Shown: positions 27,841 to 41,220, counted from the stretch's first letter. The stretch: 64,000 nucleotides of DNA from Callorhinchus milii (GCF_018977255.1 NW_024704743.1:81904001-81968000), one strand, 5' to 3'. Translations and numbers: made by a program. Notes: a model not told the origin generated them from the letters alone.

Positions 27841-28689
27841 AATTATCACTAGGTGTCAGTTTGACTCAGTTGCTAGCACTTTTGCTTCTGAATCAGAAGT
27901 TTGCAGTTTCAACACCCATCCTCCAAATCAGGATTCTGAGCGCATAGTCTCAGATGATGCTCCTATTCAGGCAGAGGGAGCACTACATTGTTGGAGGAGT
28001 TGGCAATGAAACATTATTCTGAGGTCCCATCTGTCTGTTCAGATGGACTTTAAAGATCCCGTGTCACTATTTGAAAAGAGAAGGGAATTTCTCCCAGTGT
28101 CCAGACCAATAATTCCCCAGACAAATAATGGTCATTCACTTCATGACTGTTTGTGGAACATTTCTTTGGTTGCTGTGTTTGCCTCCAAATTTACAACATT
28201 TTAGTTACTACCTAAACCCCTGTCTGTCCAGCGCCTTGGGACGTCCTCCCGATGGGAAAGGCACTATACAAATATAATTTTGTATTGTGGTTTGTATTAT
28301 AATAATAAATAATCCTTGCATTTGATATAGCGCTTTTCACATCTTCTAGATGTCTCAAAGAGCTTCACAGAATAAATTGATTTACAGCTTCACACTGTAA
28401 ATTGACTGTATATTTGTGGACAATACAAGGCAGTCAAATGTGCACAGCAGCTTGTGAAACGAAGAGTTGGGAAGGCCAATGAGGAGGGAGTTCCGTAGTC
28501 AAGCCTTGATGTGACAAATGCGTGGGTGAGGGTTTCAGCAGCCTGAGGCAAGTGCTCTAACCACTGAGCTACAGGACTCCACATGTATTGTACTTGTGAA
28601 GTATTTTGAGACACTTTGATGTTATAGGAGCTATATCAAATGCAAGGATTTTTAGTATAATTGTTGGACCTATGACTGCCATTGGAATT

Positions 28690-28830
28690 GGTGTCTTGTG
28701 AAACACAGTGATGGTCTTATTGACTTGTGGAGCATGATAATGGTTTTGGTGACTTGTGGAGACATTGCTAAAGACAGTGGATTCTAGATACAGGAAAATT
28801 TCCATGCATAGGTGATCTTCATTTGTCAAA
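28690..28830 (-). mobile_element. RTE-like RT fragment (very old)
   Basis: EIFLYLESTV...VNKTITVFHK resembles the RTE FxYLGS...RIxKAxxAF segment. Confidence 0.35.
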
Positions 28831-29339
28831 CTCTCAGTCTGGTAAGAGCAACATCATGCTCCATGAACTACCAAAATCAACTCTTCAGCATGAGAAAGGG
28901 TTTCCACATGTGTCAGACCAAAAGTATGGAAAGCCAATGAAAAACAGCTGAGTAGTTTGAAAGCTTCATAAAGTATTTATTACACATAATATCAGCACCA
29001 GCTCAAAAGATAATTCAATTCTAATGTTCCCTAGACTGTTTATAAATACCCAGTTTCTACACTTGATATCAAATATCCGTCAAGTGCTTTGAAAAATACA
29101 TTGTTGTCAGAGGTACTGTTCTTCAAACAAAACATTAAACCAGTTTTGTCTTGTCTGCCGGCTCAAGTGCACATGAAAAAACCCTTGACATTATTCAAAG
29201 CAAAAAGGTAGTTTATATTGGTATCTGAGCAAATAACATGCAAATTAGTTGCCTATAAATACATATGCCTATAAATATAGTCATTACACTTTACCTGTGA
29301 AGCATTTTGCAACATTTTGACAGTACTTGTGCGATAAAT

Positions 29340-29750
29340 AACAATAATCCTTAATCTGGTATTGCACCTTTCACAGCAGGAGGAAGTCCAAAAACACTTC
29401 ACAGGATTTACTGTAAAGTGACAGCGTAGTTATAGGTAAACACAGCATCCCAATTGCACACAACAATGTCCCACAAACAGCCATGAAACAAATTATCAAT
29501 TTTATTTGGGGGATTATTAGCCAGAACACCAGGAGAAACTCCCTTCTCTTTTTTTAGTTGGTGGGATCTTTAACATCCACCTGAACATGCAGACAGAATT
29601 AGAGTCTCATCTGAAGGACAGCACCTCTGACAATGCAACACCCACCTCCCCCTGCATGTCAGCTCAGACTATACAAGTTCAAGTCCTGAGATGGGCTTGA
29701 TTCCACAATCTTCTGACTGAGAGGAGTTCTACCAACTGTATCAAAGGCCA
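29340..29750 (-). mobile_element. Deu-domain SINE relic
   Basis: gggatctttaacatccacctgaaca = reverse complement of Deu core. Confidence 0.72.
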
Positions 29751-30069
29751 GGATTATTTTCACTATAAAATCAGAGTGGGCCAGAAGATACTGAAGGTGT
29801 TGGGACACATTCTCTTCAAGGACTTGAGTCCACTTGCCTATTTGACTCTGAACAATGCCTTGATTGTATACAAATATTACCTGGTTCATTTTAAACTTTC
29901 TCTCATCATGAATCTTAGTTTCACATGCAGCAGATGGATAACCCGACCGTGGTCAAACCTACCTAACAAGCAGGGGTGAAGTAATGGGTTGCAAAGAACA
30001 ATTTCAGTATGGTTTACTGACATTGCTTCCTTACCTTGACTAAAATGAGAACCTGTGATATTGTCATAA

Positions 30070-30555
30070 AAACAACAACAACTTGCATTTATATAGCGCT
30101 CTCCACACCGGGCGGCATCTCAGAGTGCTTAACAATGGCAGAGCCCAAGGCCAAGACGTGGGGGGTGAAGTGACCGTAGGCGCGGTTGAAGAGAAAGGTC
30201 TTCAGGCTCGACCTGAAGATGGTGAAGGAGGGGGCGAGGCGAAAGGGTTGAGGAAGGGGGTTCCAAACTTTTGTGGTGTAGTGGCTGAAGGTACAGCCGC
30301 CAATGGTGAAGCGGAGGATTCAGGGGTCACGGAGTAGGCTGGACCCAGTAGAGCGGAGGCAGCGGGTACTGCTGCGGGGAGAGAGGAGGTTAGAGAGATA
30401 GGGGTTGCGAAAGAATGGAGGGATTTAAACACTAGAGTGAGGATCTTGAAGTTGTTCCGCTCTGTGACAGGGAGCCAGTAGAGTTTGACAAGGACTGGAG
30501 TAAGGATGTACGAAGTTTGGTGCAGATGAGAATGCGGGCAGCAGAGTTTTGAATG
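30070..30555 (-). mobile_element. L2 3' fragment
   Basis: FKSLHSFA...; (AAC)n tail on plus strand. Confidence 0.85.
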
Positions 30556-30660
30556 CTCAGTTCAAAACTCAGTAAAACCCAGCTCAGTTTTACGCAATGT
30601 ACTTGCTAGTCCTTAAATAGGTAAAACTGAGCTGGCCAGATGGAAAAGGGCATCATTAGA

Positions 30661-30958
30661 GGAGTCCGGTAGCTGAGTAGTTAGAGCACTCGCCTTGCAA
30701 GCGAGATACCTGGGTTCAATTCCAGGCAGGGCGAAACCTTGGGCAAGTTTCCTTACTCCACACGCCTAATGATAATCCCTCCAAAACAAAACAATAATAA
30801 ATTGGTCATTTTCAATCCACGACTGTTTGTGGGACACTGCTCTGTGTTTCGCCCACAAATATACAGTCAATTCACTTTACAGCATATTCTGTGAAGCTCT
30901 TTGAGACGTCTAGAAGACGTGAAAAGCGTTATATCAAATGCAAGGGTTATTATTACTA
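30661..30958 (+). mobile_element. tRNA-Ala-derived SINE
   Basis: Family match. Confidence 0.9.
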
Positions 30959-32788
30959 TAGGATGCCCTCTGCTTACTGTTTAAACCCTAAAAACCTCAA
31001 ATCAATTAAATGAATAGCCCAAACTAATGAAAAGGTAGTGTGAAGGCGATGGCATAACACCCGAGCTATCTAAGCTCCCATCTAAGATTATCGATGTTCT
31101 AAACATAAGCATCACCAAAATCATTCTTTGCAGCTACTGCCCAGAAATTCCTGACTGCTGGTTCAGAGGGCTAATGGATTACACCTGGAGCACTGTGGGC
31201 TGATACTCTAAGATACATCTAAGATGTGGGCTGGTGCTCTAAGATACAGTCATTGGGCTCTGCCACTGCTGAGCAGTCCGAGACGCTATCCAGCATGAAA
31301 GCTTATATATAAATGCAAGTTGTTGTTGTTGCTTCCCCACCCAAAATCCCAGTGATCAGAATGTTTTAACAACTGATTTAAAAATGGGTTGCTCTGATAC
31401 AAGTCTATTCAGAAACTATGTACATTTTACAAAAGCATATATAATTTATACGCTGACTCTACCTTCACACCAGCTTCCAAATCAAGCGATACTACCTCCC
31501 AAGTGGCCTTTCCCACTGTTTATATTATGAAACTGCCACTATGGAAACTCTTTGTTCATCCCTTTGTAGTAAAACCTTGTGAAGAGGTGGGGAAATTCTT
31601 TGTTTTGCAATAAAATGTCTGAAAGTGAAGTGCTGCCAAGTTGGGATTTAACAGATGTAAACAGCGAGTGGTCCAAAAGAGCTGGAAATCAGCACTTTGA
31701 GTCAGCACATTAATTTCATTGTCTGAGCTTGAGTGAAGTTTGAGAGACTAACGTTTAGAAAGTAGGAAGTGGCAACAATATCCCTTTCCCAAAGGAATGT
31801 TATTTCCATTTGGACAAGACCCAGGAGTCACTTAGGGAAATTTCAAAGTTTCCTTAATTTGTGTCCAAGGCTAGCCAACTACTTTAGAGGCTTCTACAGC
31901 TTGTGAATTCATTTATATAGTGAGTACTTTCCATGAGTTCACTGGTCTAGATTGTAGCTTTTTACGTAAGTTCGGTGAAGTGTACTGTCGTCACTTTAAT
32001 GACAATTAAATTGATAAATGCATTGTTGGAACCAACTTCTTTTTTCAATACAACTTGTCTTCTGTTTCTTTAAGAATGCCCCCCTGAGAGTTGAGGATAG
32101 TTGTGCACAGTACTACCACTGTATTCTCTTAGTTCTTTAGAGGGGCATTATAATTCAGTTTTTACTAGCCAGGAAGCTCCTAAGCAAAGAAAATATTCCT
32201 ATTAGAATCCTTATATTTGATATAGTGCCTTTCACACCAGGAAGACATCTCAAAGCACTTCACAGAATATACTATAAAGTGAAAGGACTGTATTTTCTAG
32301 GTGAAATATGGCAGCTAATTTGCATGCAGCAATGTCCCACAAACAGCCATGAAGTGATGGGCAAACATCAGTTCCCATGATTGGGTTGTAAGAAAGCAAT
32401 CGTCTTGACGTTGTTCAAATGTAATGCTCACACGTAATGCGAAGTGCAAAGACGGTCTGCACTTTTTCATCTCAATGGTAGAAAACATTACCTGGCTACC
32501 TCCTCTTCCTCCCCTGTGTCCCCTAGCAACCCCCTCCTTCTGCCATGGGGTCTACCATTTCCCCTACCTGACACCCCCTCCCCCCATTTCTCTTTCCTCC
32601 CTCTGAACCATCATCACCCACATGAAGCCCACCACCTGTTGCCTCAACCCCCTCCCCACCCAGGTTCTGGTCACCTAATTTCCCCTGTTCTTCCCCTGGT
32701 GCAAGACACAGTCAATCAGTTGTTCTCCTCAGGTTCCATCCCACACCCTCTCAAAATCACTGTCGTCACTCACTTCTTCAAAGTAAAA

Positions 32789-33850
32789 AACAACAACATT
32801 CCATTTATAGAGTGCCTTTCACGTCGGGAGGACATCCCAAGGCGCTGTACAGTTGGGTCAGGACCCGAGCAGGGGGGAAATGGTCAGGGTGAGGGGAGGG
32901 AAGGGAGGGAACGAGGAGGGGGGAAATGGTCAGGGTGAGGGAGGGTGGGAGTGATGTGGTCGCGAAGCCTGGTGCGGGACAGTACACGAGCTGCAGAGTT
33001 CTGAATGACCTGCAGCTTGTGGAGGGAGGTGCCGGGAAGGCCGGCGAGGAGAGAGTTCCCATAGTCCAGCCTTGAGGTGATAAAGGCGTGGACCAGAGTT
33101 TCAGCAGCGTGAGGGGTGAGGTAATGCCGTAGTCTGGCGATATTCCGGAGGTGATGGAAGGCGGTGCCAGTTGTGGCGCGGATATGAGGGAGAAAGGACA
33201 ACTCAGGGTCGAACATAACCCCGAGGTTACTGACCGACTTTGAGAGGTGGAGAGTGCAGCCTTGGATGCTGATGCTGTCAGCGCCTGAGGTGTGGAGGCG
33301 CTGATGTGAGCCAATCAGGAGGGCCTCAGTTTTGCGCACGTTGAGCTGAAGAAAGTTATCTCTCGTCCAGGACTCGATGTCGGACAGGCAGGCTGTCAGG
33401 ACATCGGTGGTCGTGGAGTTAAGGGTAGAGGAGGAAAGGTAGAGTTGTGTGTCATCCGCATACATGTGGAAGTTAACCCCATGTCTGCGGATGATGTCAC
33501 CAAGGCGGGAGCATATAGAGGGTGAAGAGGAGGGGACCGAGGACAGAGCCCTGAGGAACACCGCACGAGACAGTGCGGGGGCCGGAGGAAAAACCATTTG
33601 TGGAGACAAAGTGGAGACGTTTGGAGAGGTACGACCTAAACCACTCAAGGACAGGGCCTTGAAGGTTTAGGTGGGAGGACATGCAGTGGAGGAGGATAGC
33701 GTGGTCGACCGTATCGAATGCTGCCGATAGGTTGAGGAGGACGAGGAGGCAGAGGGAGCCCTGGTCACAGATGGTCAGGATGTCATTGGTGACCTTGACC
33801 AGGGCAGTTTCTGTGCTATGGGACCTTGACCAGGGCAGTTTCTGTGCTAT
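32789..33850 (-). mobile_element. Younger L2 RT/3' fragment nested in older L2
   Basis: [44 protein letters not shown]; tail at 32789. Confidence 0.95.
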
Positions 33851-35145
33851 CAAACAACTTTGATCCCTTTAACCTTACAAGCTACTGCCCAATTTCTAAC
33901 TTTCCTTGCTAAAGTTCTGGAATGTGTTTAGCCAATCAACTTTGCTAATACCTCTCCCTCCAATCTCTACTTGAGCTCTTCCAGTCTGGTTTCTGCTCTG
34001 CTCACAGCATAGAGGCAGCGCTCATCAAAATTATAATACTTGTTCTGTATTGTCTTAAAACATTTTTGAATACTTCCCATTGTTCATCTGCAAGTTTACC
34101 CACTAACAATTTAGCCCAGTTTACTGTGGTCAATATATTTCTCATCCTATCAATGTTTTCACTACTTAAATTTAAAACCTTGGTTTGAGACTCTCCCTTC
34201 TCCCTCTCAAATCTAATGTCAAATTCAATCATATTATGATCATTATTTGCAGGATGCTCCCTTACTGTCAGGTTGGTAACTAATCGTGGCTCATTACTCA
34301 TCACCAAATCCAGTATGGCTTGTTCCCTTGTTGGTTCGAAAACATATTGTTCCAAAATTGTCCTGAATACATTTCTAGAAATTTGTTGCCTGAGGTGTCC
34401 TGCTTCTCCCAGTCTATGTAAAAATTAAAATCTCCCATGAAAGCCACATTGCTTTTGCTACATGCATCCCTGATCTCTGTATTTATACATTTTCCCACTA
34501 CATCACAACTCTCTAGAGGTCTGTAGACTACTCACAACAGCTGTTCCTCAGTTCTACCCACAGTGTTTCCACTACCTGATCGCCCTTACTGAAATCTTTC
34601 CTTTCCACTGCTGTAATAGCGTCTTTTATCAATATTGCTACTTCTCCTCCTTTCCCTAAAACCCTGTCTTTTCTAGCAATCTTATAGTCTGGAATATTTA
34701 GCCCCCAGTCCTACCCAGCTTTTAACAAGGTCTCTGTACTGATTATCTCATCATACCCTTTAAGCTGAATTTGGGTTTCTAACTCACTTGTTTTATTTCT
34801 TATGCTATGTGCATTTGTATACATAACTCTTATTTGAGCAACTGTCCCCAACATGCCTATACACCTTGATGATGTTCTTCTCACACTATATGACTTGATC
34901 TTTTGTAATAACTTCCTATTACCTTTCTCTTTCCTGCAATATTTATGTTATCTTTATCACTATTTGTATTCTGACCATCCTCTCCTTGACTTATGTTTTG
35001 GTTATTGTTTCCACCTGACCCTCCCCTTACTGTTTAAAGCTTTTCCTACAGTCCTATTTATCCTTATGCTAGGACCTTGGTCCCAGCCTTGCTCAGGTGC
35101 AACCAACCCATCAGTACAGCTCATTCCTGTCCCAGTACTGGTGCA

Positions 35146-35450
35146 TCTATAACCAGGGGTCACAGTCTTAAAATTAAAAGTCAGCCTTTTAGAACAGAGT
35201 TGAGGAAACATTTCTTCACTCAGAGGGTAGTGAATTTATGGAATTCACTACCCCAGAAGGCTGTAGATGCTCAGTCTTTGAGCATTTTCAAGGTTGAGAC
35301 TGATAGATTTTTTAAAAAATAGAGGGATTAGGGGATAAGGGATAGGGCAGGTAATTAAAGTTAGGTCTGAAGATCAGCCATGATCTTATCAAATGGCGGG
35401 GCAGGCTCGAGGGGCCGAATGGCCTACTCCTGCTCCTAATTCTTATGTTA
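35146..35450 (+). mobile_element. CR1 3' end fragment
   Basis: TRGHSLKI..RTELRKHFFTQRVVNLWNSLPQ + CR1 3'UTR. Confidence 0.9.
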
Positions 35451-35452
35451 GT

Positions 35453-35769
35453 GGAGTCCTGTAGCTCAGTGGTTAGAGCACTTGCTTTGCAAGCGAGAGA
35501 CCTGAGTTCAATTCCAGGCAGGGCGAAACCTTGGGCAAATTTCCTTACTCCACACAGAGCCTAATAATAATCCCTCCAAAACAAAACAATAATAAATTGG
35601 TCATTTTCAATCTACGACTGTTTGTGGGACATTGCTGTGCGCAATTGGCTGCCGCGTTCGCCCACAAATATACAGTCAATTCACTTTACAGTGTGTTCTG
35701 TGAAGCGCATTGAGACGTCTGCCCGACTTGAAAAGCCCTATATCAAATGCAAGGATTATTATTATTATT
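35453..35769 (+). mobile_element. tRNA-Ala-derived SINE
   Basis: Family match. Confidence 0.92.
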
Positions 35770-38700
35770 AGTGTCCCATGAAATGGAATCCTTTCTTCCC
35801 ACACCACCCTTTCAGCCACATGTTCATTTCCTTGATCGGTTTATCTCTATGCCAATTTGCATGTGGCTTGGATAGCAATCTGGAGATTACCATTATTGAG
35901 GTCTTTTTTTTAATTTAGCCCCTAGCTCTTGATACTCCCTAAGCAGGACCTCCTTCTTGCTCTTTCCTGTGTCATTGGTTCCCGCATGGACCAACTAAAC
36001 AGACCAACAACAACTGGTTCTTTCCCCTTCCTTTCCACATTTCTTTTCAGCTGTTTTGAAATATCCCTTACCCTGGCACCAGGAAGGCAACACATCCTCC
36101 TGAACTCTCAATCTCGACTGCAGAGGATACCCTTGATCCCCTTAATTATTTCATCCCTTCTAACTACAAAGTTTCTATTCTGCTCCTCCCCTACTTGCAC
36201 TGCTTTCTGTTCTATGGTGCTTTGGTTTGCCTTCAGGCCTCCTTCCCCAGACTTCTCCCTCATCCAACGTAGCAAGTACATTGTACCTGTTGGACAGGAT
36301 CAGTGCCTCCTTCTCTGCATCTACTGGTTAAGTGTTACCCTGCTGGCTATCAATCTCACATTCCTGTTCCTCTCCATGTGGCATGGCTATGTTCTGAAGT
36401 AAACTGTCCAAATATTCCTTCCCCTCCATTATACATCAGAGTGACTCAAGACACATGCACTTCTCACAAGTGTGACCATCAAGGACAGTCTTACTGTCCA
36501 CAAATTCCCAAATACTGCAGCTTTAACACACTACCTGTGTTGTCATTATCCTTTTCTAGCTTCTACTACACTTAACATTTAGGTTTATTTATATATATTT
36601 AAAGTTGCAAGGTTTTACCATCACCTTTTATTAGTTTATTTTTCCTTTAATCTATTTGACCTATTATTAACCTATTTAGTCTTTACAAGGAAATTAAAAC
36701 AAGTTCTCACCTGTACCTCCTTCCCCCTCTGCACAGAATTCCCACTCTCACCAAATTCCTTACAGAATTCTCACTCAGTTCCTTCCTCACACTACTGGGC
36801 TCTCTGCACAAGTTCTCATAAGTTATCCCCCTTTATGCAGGACTCAAACAAAAGCACCCAGTTAAGACTTCTCAGCAATTTTATTAATCCCCAACACCTG
36901 GCCTATTTTACTTTTTTTTACCTATTTAAGCTTTATAAGGCGATTGAAACAAGTTCTCACCTATACCTCCTTCCCCCTCCTGGCCTATGATTAACTGCTA
37001 ATTGACCTCATTTGCTTGCTTACATAAGCTTGCCTCACCTCAACAACAATTTCTCACTCTTTTGGTGAATGAAAATGTTCTCTCTTGCTGAAGAATTCCC
37101 ACTCTCACCTAATTCTCTAACAGAGTGGATATGGAATTAGATGAGAGTGGGAATTCTTCCTCCTAGATCTCTCCACAGGGTTTGATACAATCAACCATGC
37201 CATCTTCCTCCACTGCCTCTCCTCTTTCATCCTTAGTGGATTGCACTTTCCTGGTCCTACTTAACAAATCATGCTTAACCTGCCTTCATATCATCTCCCC
37301 AAATGTTTTTGCCTCCTGCCCTACCAGGCCACCTGCAGCATACCCCAAGGCTCCCTCTTGGTAATGTCATCTGCAAACACAGGGTCAACTTCTACATGTA
37401 TGCGGATGACACCAACATCTACTTCTCCTCCAACTGCAACTCTAGGTCCACTGATGTTTTGTCAGCTTGCTTGTCAGACATAAAGGCCTGGATGATCACA
37501 AACTTTCTGCAGTTGAGTGTTGACAAGACGGAAGCCATTCTCCTCAGCACCCCTCAACATCTTCTCTCCCGTGGTTTTGACCTCCTCAATCTCCCCGTCC
37601 TATCTTTCAGATTTACCAAACCTGTACGTAACCTAGGCATCAGGTTCAATCCCCAGCACTCCTTCTTACCCACATCCAGTCCCTGACTAGGACCACTTTC
37701 CTCCACCTCCACTACATTGCCCACCTCTGGCCATATACCCAATATAGATGAAACCTCATCCACGCTTTATCCAACCCCTACCTCAATTATTCCAATGTCC
37801 TCCTAGACCGTCTCTCCAACTCCACTATCCTTAAAATCCAAGTAATTCAAAACTCTGCTTCCCGTACACTCACCCGCACCAAACTCCATACCCCCATCAC
37901 ACCAGTACTTGCCAGCCTCCAATGGCTCCCAATCACAGGATGGATCAAATTTAAGATCCTCAGATTAATCTACAACTCCTTTCATGCCCTGGTACCTCCT
38001 TACCACTCCGATAAAAGATTCCATTACACTATTCAAAATGAGAGGGGAGTTTCTCCCAGTATCCTGATGAACAATTCCCCAGATAAAGTTGGCCAGTGAG
38101 TTCATGGCTATTTGTGGGATCTTTCTGTGTGCAACTTAGCTACCAAGTTTGACTACTGAATCCAATCATTACACTTGATGGCAATTGGCTGTGAAGTGCT
38201 TTGAGATGTTTTGATGTTAGACACACAATATCAAATGCAAGGATTATTCTATGCTTTATTCATGTGACCACTTCTGCGGATGAACTTGGGCACTGAAATT
38301 GTATCATGGAGGCACTCAGTTGTGAGACTATCGCAAACAAATATGATGCTGTTCACTTGCAAATCCAGCAGGAACACTGGATAGTGATCAGAAGTTAGAA
38401 ACCTGACTGACTTTTCCATTCGAGCCGAGGGTCATTGACATCAAATGGAACCATGCCTAGTGCTTTTCCAACTGAGTTCACCAATTCAGCTACAGTTTGC
38501 ACTTTTTCTGCAGGTTGAATATGAATTACTGAGCGTGGAGGAAAGGAAGGAGAAATTAATTGTTTTGACCAATAGCATAGTCAAAAAAATAAGTTTTTAA
38601 GAAGGTTTTGAAGGCATGGAATAATAAAGGCTCAATATTGGAATAACTATCCCATGAGTTTGAGTGTTGTCAGGAGATCATGTGAATAAAACTGTTTATG

Positions 38701-39499
38701 ATTCAGTGAACTTTCACATTGCTTTAAAAGAGCAACATCTGTGTTATCCTGATCGTCCACAGTCATTGCAGTCAAAAGCACACTACTGCTTTTAAGCCCC
38801 ACAGTCCCCTTAGTAAATTACTACAGTTGCTTTGCGTACCTTTTATAAATCGAGGTTCAATGTCAAATTATTCAAAAATGATTGAATTGATGTGCATGTG
38901 CTTTGAACATTTTGTGCTATTGGTAAACCTTTTTTATTCAATGTCCTATTTTTACCATAAATAGATGATCACAATGCTCCCTTGGTAGCTCAGTGTGGAA
39001 CAAGGCAATTCTGATAGTCCTCAGTAGATCATAGAATCCTAGAAAGTTACAGTATAGAAGGAGGTCATTAAGCCCACCGAGAAAGGATTGGCTCTCAGTG
39101 CAAGCTGTCTAATGAATCCCATTGCCCTACCCTATTCCCATACCACGTCATGCCTTTATCTTTCATATACTTGTTTATTTCTCCTATGAAACTCACAATG
39201 GACTCTGCTTCCAAGCACGCCTTGCCAGTAAGGGGGGGCAATTTAGGTTTGCGGAAAGGAAAGGAATTTAGGAAGCAGTTAGCAATCCATTGCTTTCGAG
39301 GGTACATTTGGAGGCACATTTCTGCTAATCTTAATCTGCAAGGTCATTTCATTTTAACATTTAAATTGCACAGAAAACTCACAAATTCAGTATTATTTGG
39401 AAGCCAGATCTTTTTATTAATTGTGAAAAAACAAAGCTATCAAATGAAGACTAATATTTAATAATGATTTACAATTTTTACGTACCAGGAGGTATTTCA

Positions 39500-39670
39500 A
39501 GCCCTAGGTGAGGACAGAATCAGCATGGGTGTGATGCCACCCACAGTCAATAGCCTGTTGACACTCACTGTCTGAACTCAGACATGATGAATAGCCACTT
39601 GGGCGTAGCCTGTGGAACCATATCCGCGCAAATGTCTGTGGCTTCAGCAGAGGAAGTGAGAAAATTGGAG
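39500..39670 (+). mobile_element. LF-SINE-like 3' relic
   Basis: ggtgaggacagaatc..tgtgatgcc..aatagcctg..acactcactgtct..gccacttgggcg. Confidence 0.7.
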
Positions 39671-40929
39671 GGGAACAAATTAACTCGATTTTTCCTTCAC
39701 ATTGACAAGATCATAAATTTTATAAATTTTGTATCAGGCTCCACAGTAGCTTATATTTTTATTGAAAGCAAAATCATGATTTATAAAGTTGCTTGGACAC
39801 TTTATGGTTAAAGCATTCCATTAATACCTACAGTTAAAAAAACTACACTCATGATAGAACTCCCTTAAGAGAAGCAGAATCTAAGCAGAACCTAAAGTAA
39901 TCATTAAATGTAAATGAAGACAATATGTCCTGGCTATATTGTTAATGTGGTGACAAGCAAATACGGTGAAACCATTCCTTAAACTGATCTTATCTTAAGA
40001 ACATTCCCTATTTTTTGTTAATGTCTCACTCTGTGCAAAATGATTGCTCTCTTATTGCATTTTGTTTTTAATTTGTGATAAACAAAACATCAGGATTCAA
40101 TTGAACAAAATGTGATTTGCAATTTCCTTTGAAAATGGATCAGAGGCTGTTTAAAAAGTGGGACGGAGACCTGCTATGTGATTGTGGTTCCCTACGGTGC
40201 AAATGGTTAAGCAGACCAATAAAATAGATGAACTGTGATTGAAAGCCACTGAGCCTGACCAGGGTTCTGCTCAGACATTAGCAGAAAATGTTTGCAAGAG
40301 GTTTAACAGAGAGACTTCAGTAAGATTCAGCATGGAAGTGAGTGGTCCACATCCATTCCTGACGTAACCAAGTCAACTGAGCCCATGCTCTTTCAGAAAG
40401 AGATATTGTTCTCCTGGGTTTCTTTTATTAACAGCATGAGCACAGGCAGGAAGATAAATACAATCCGATTGTGAAACCAAATCTTATATTGCCACAGTGT
40501 CAAGGAGAACTGAACCACAGACTGTGGGCACAAAGCCTCCTGGGAATTATGTTCTGGTCTGCTTCCTCTTCCTGGCTTTTGGGTCATTTCAAATGGCTAT
40601 GACCTTTGGAGACGATGACCTTTTGAAGTGATAGTTCATCTGGATTGCACGTCAACCAGTAACCTAACATCAAAGTGTTTGGCAAATACATTGGTGCCAT
40701 TCATGATTTTCTACATATTGGCTCAGGTACAAGTTACACTCATTTGCTTTACTGCCACCAGTGCTTCCCAAAAGTCTACTTTAACAATCTTGACAGCTGA
40801 TTCATAGACCTAACTACTGGGTCACTGCTACAGCATGACAAAAGCACACAACAATCCCATTGATGGTGAGATTCTCAGCATCACCCACAGCACGCTAAAA
40901 GTAATGTTAACTTCTTACAGATTCTGTGG

Positions 40930-41220
40930 GTGGGCTCCTGCAGTGGTTCACTGGGTAAATATACCATGTCATGCGGTTCTAAGACATTCAAACCAGGAAG
41001 CGTTCAGGATCAACCCAGGTTTGTGTTGGATTAACTAATCTCAACCATAGTGGTAATGGAGCATTAGAATTCACCTCAAGTTCCTTAAGCTTTGATGGGG
41101 AAAAAATCAACCAGGATACCTGATGGTTTTCAGAAATTCCAGATGGAAGGGTGCATTAGAGTATGTATGGTGAGGATAGGATCATGTTTAGCTTGAAATC
41201 CCCCCACAATCGAATAACCA
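40930..41220 (+). mobile_element. LF-SINE-like 5' relic
   Basis: accaggaag..ttaactaatctca..aaaatcaaccagg..ggtgaggataggatc. Confidence 0.65.

Larger units (their letters stand above)
34036..37130 (-). mobile_element. CR1 5' portion: 5'UTR, ORF1 (Zn-finger + SGNH esterase-like) and APE endonuclease, degenerate
   Basis: Minus strand: HTCEKC (~36470), CCLPGARVRDI (~36090-36060), HAGTND (~35985), EMNMWLKGW; LYTNAHSIRNK (~34820), MGDFNF, EPTREQAILDLV, DHNMIEF. Confidence 0.85.
32440..38010 (+). mobile_element. Old L2 ORF2 broken into three collinear pieces (32440-32785, 33851-34035, 37156-38010)
   Basis: Pieces read in order: ...LKITVVTH; DP..YCPISNF..AKVLE..FQSGF..HSIEAAL; LLDLS..FDTINH..YADDT..WLPI. 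Confidence 0.8.

Noticed and set aside
40435..40602. Acceptor followed by ~55 open codons (HEHRQEDKYNP...)
   Set aside because: No recognisable protein, no partner exon, length compatible with chance
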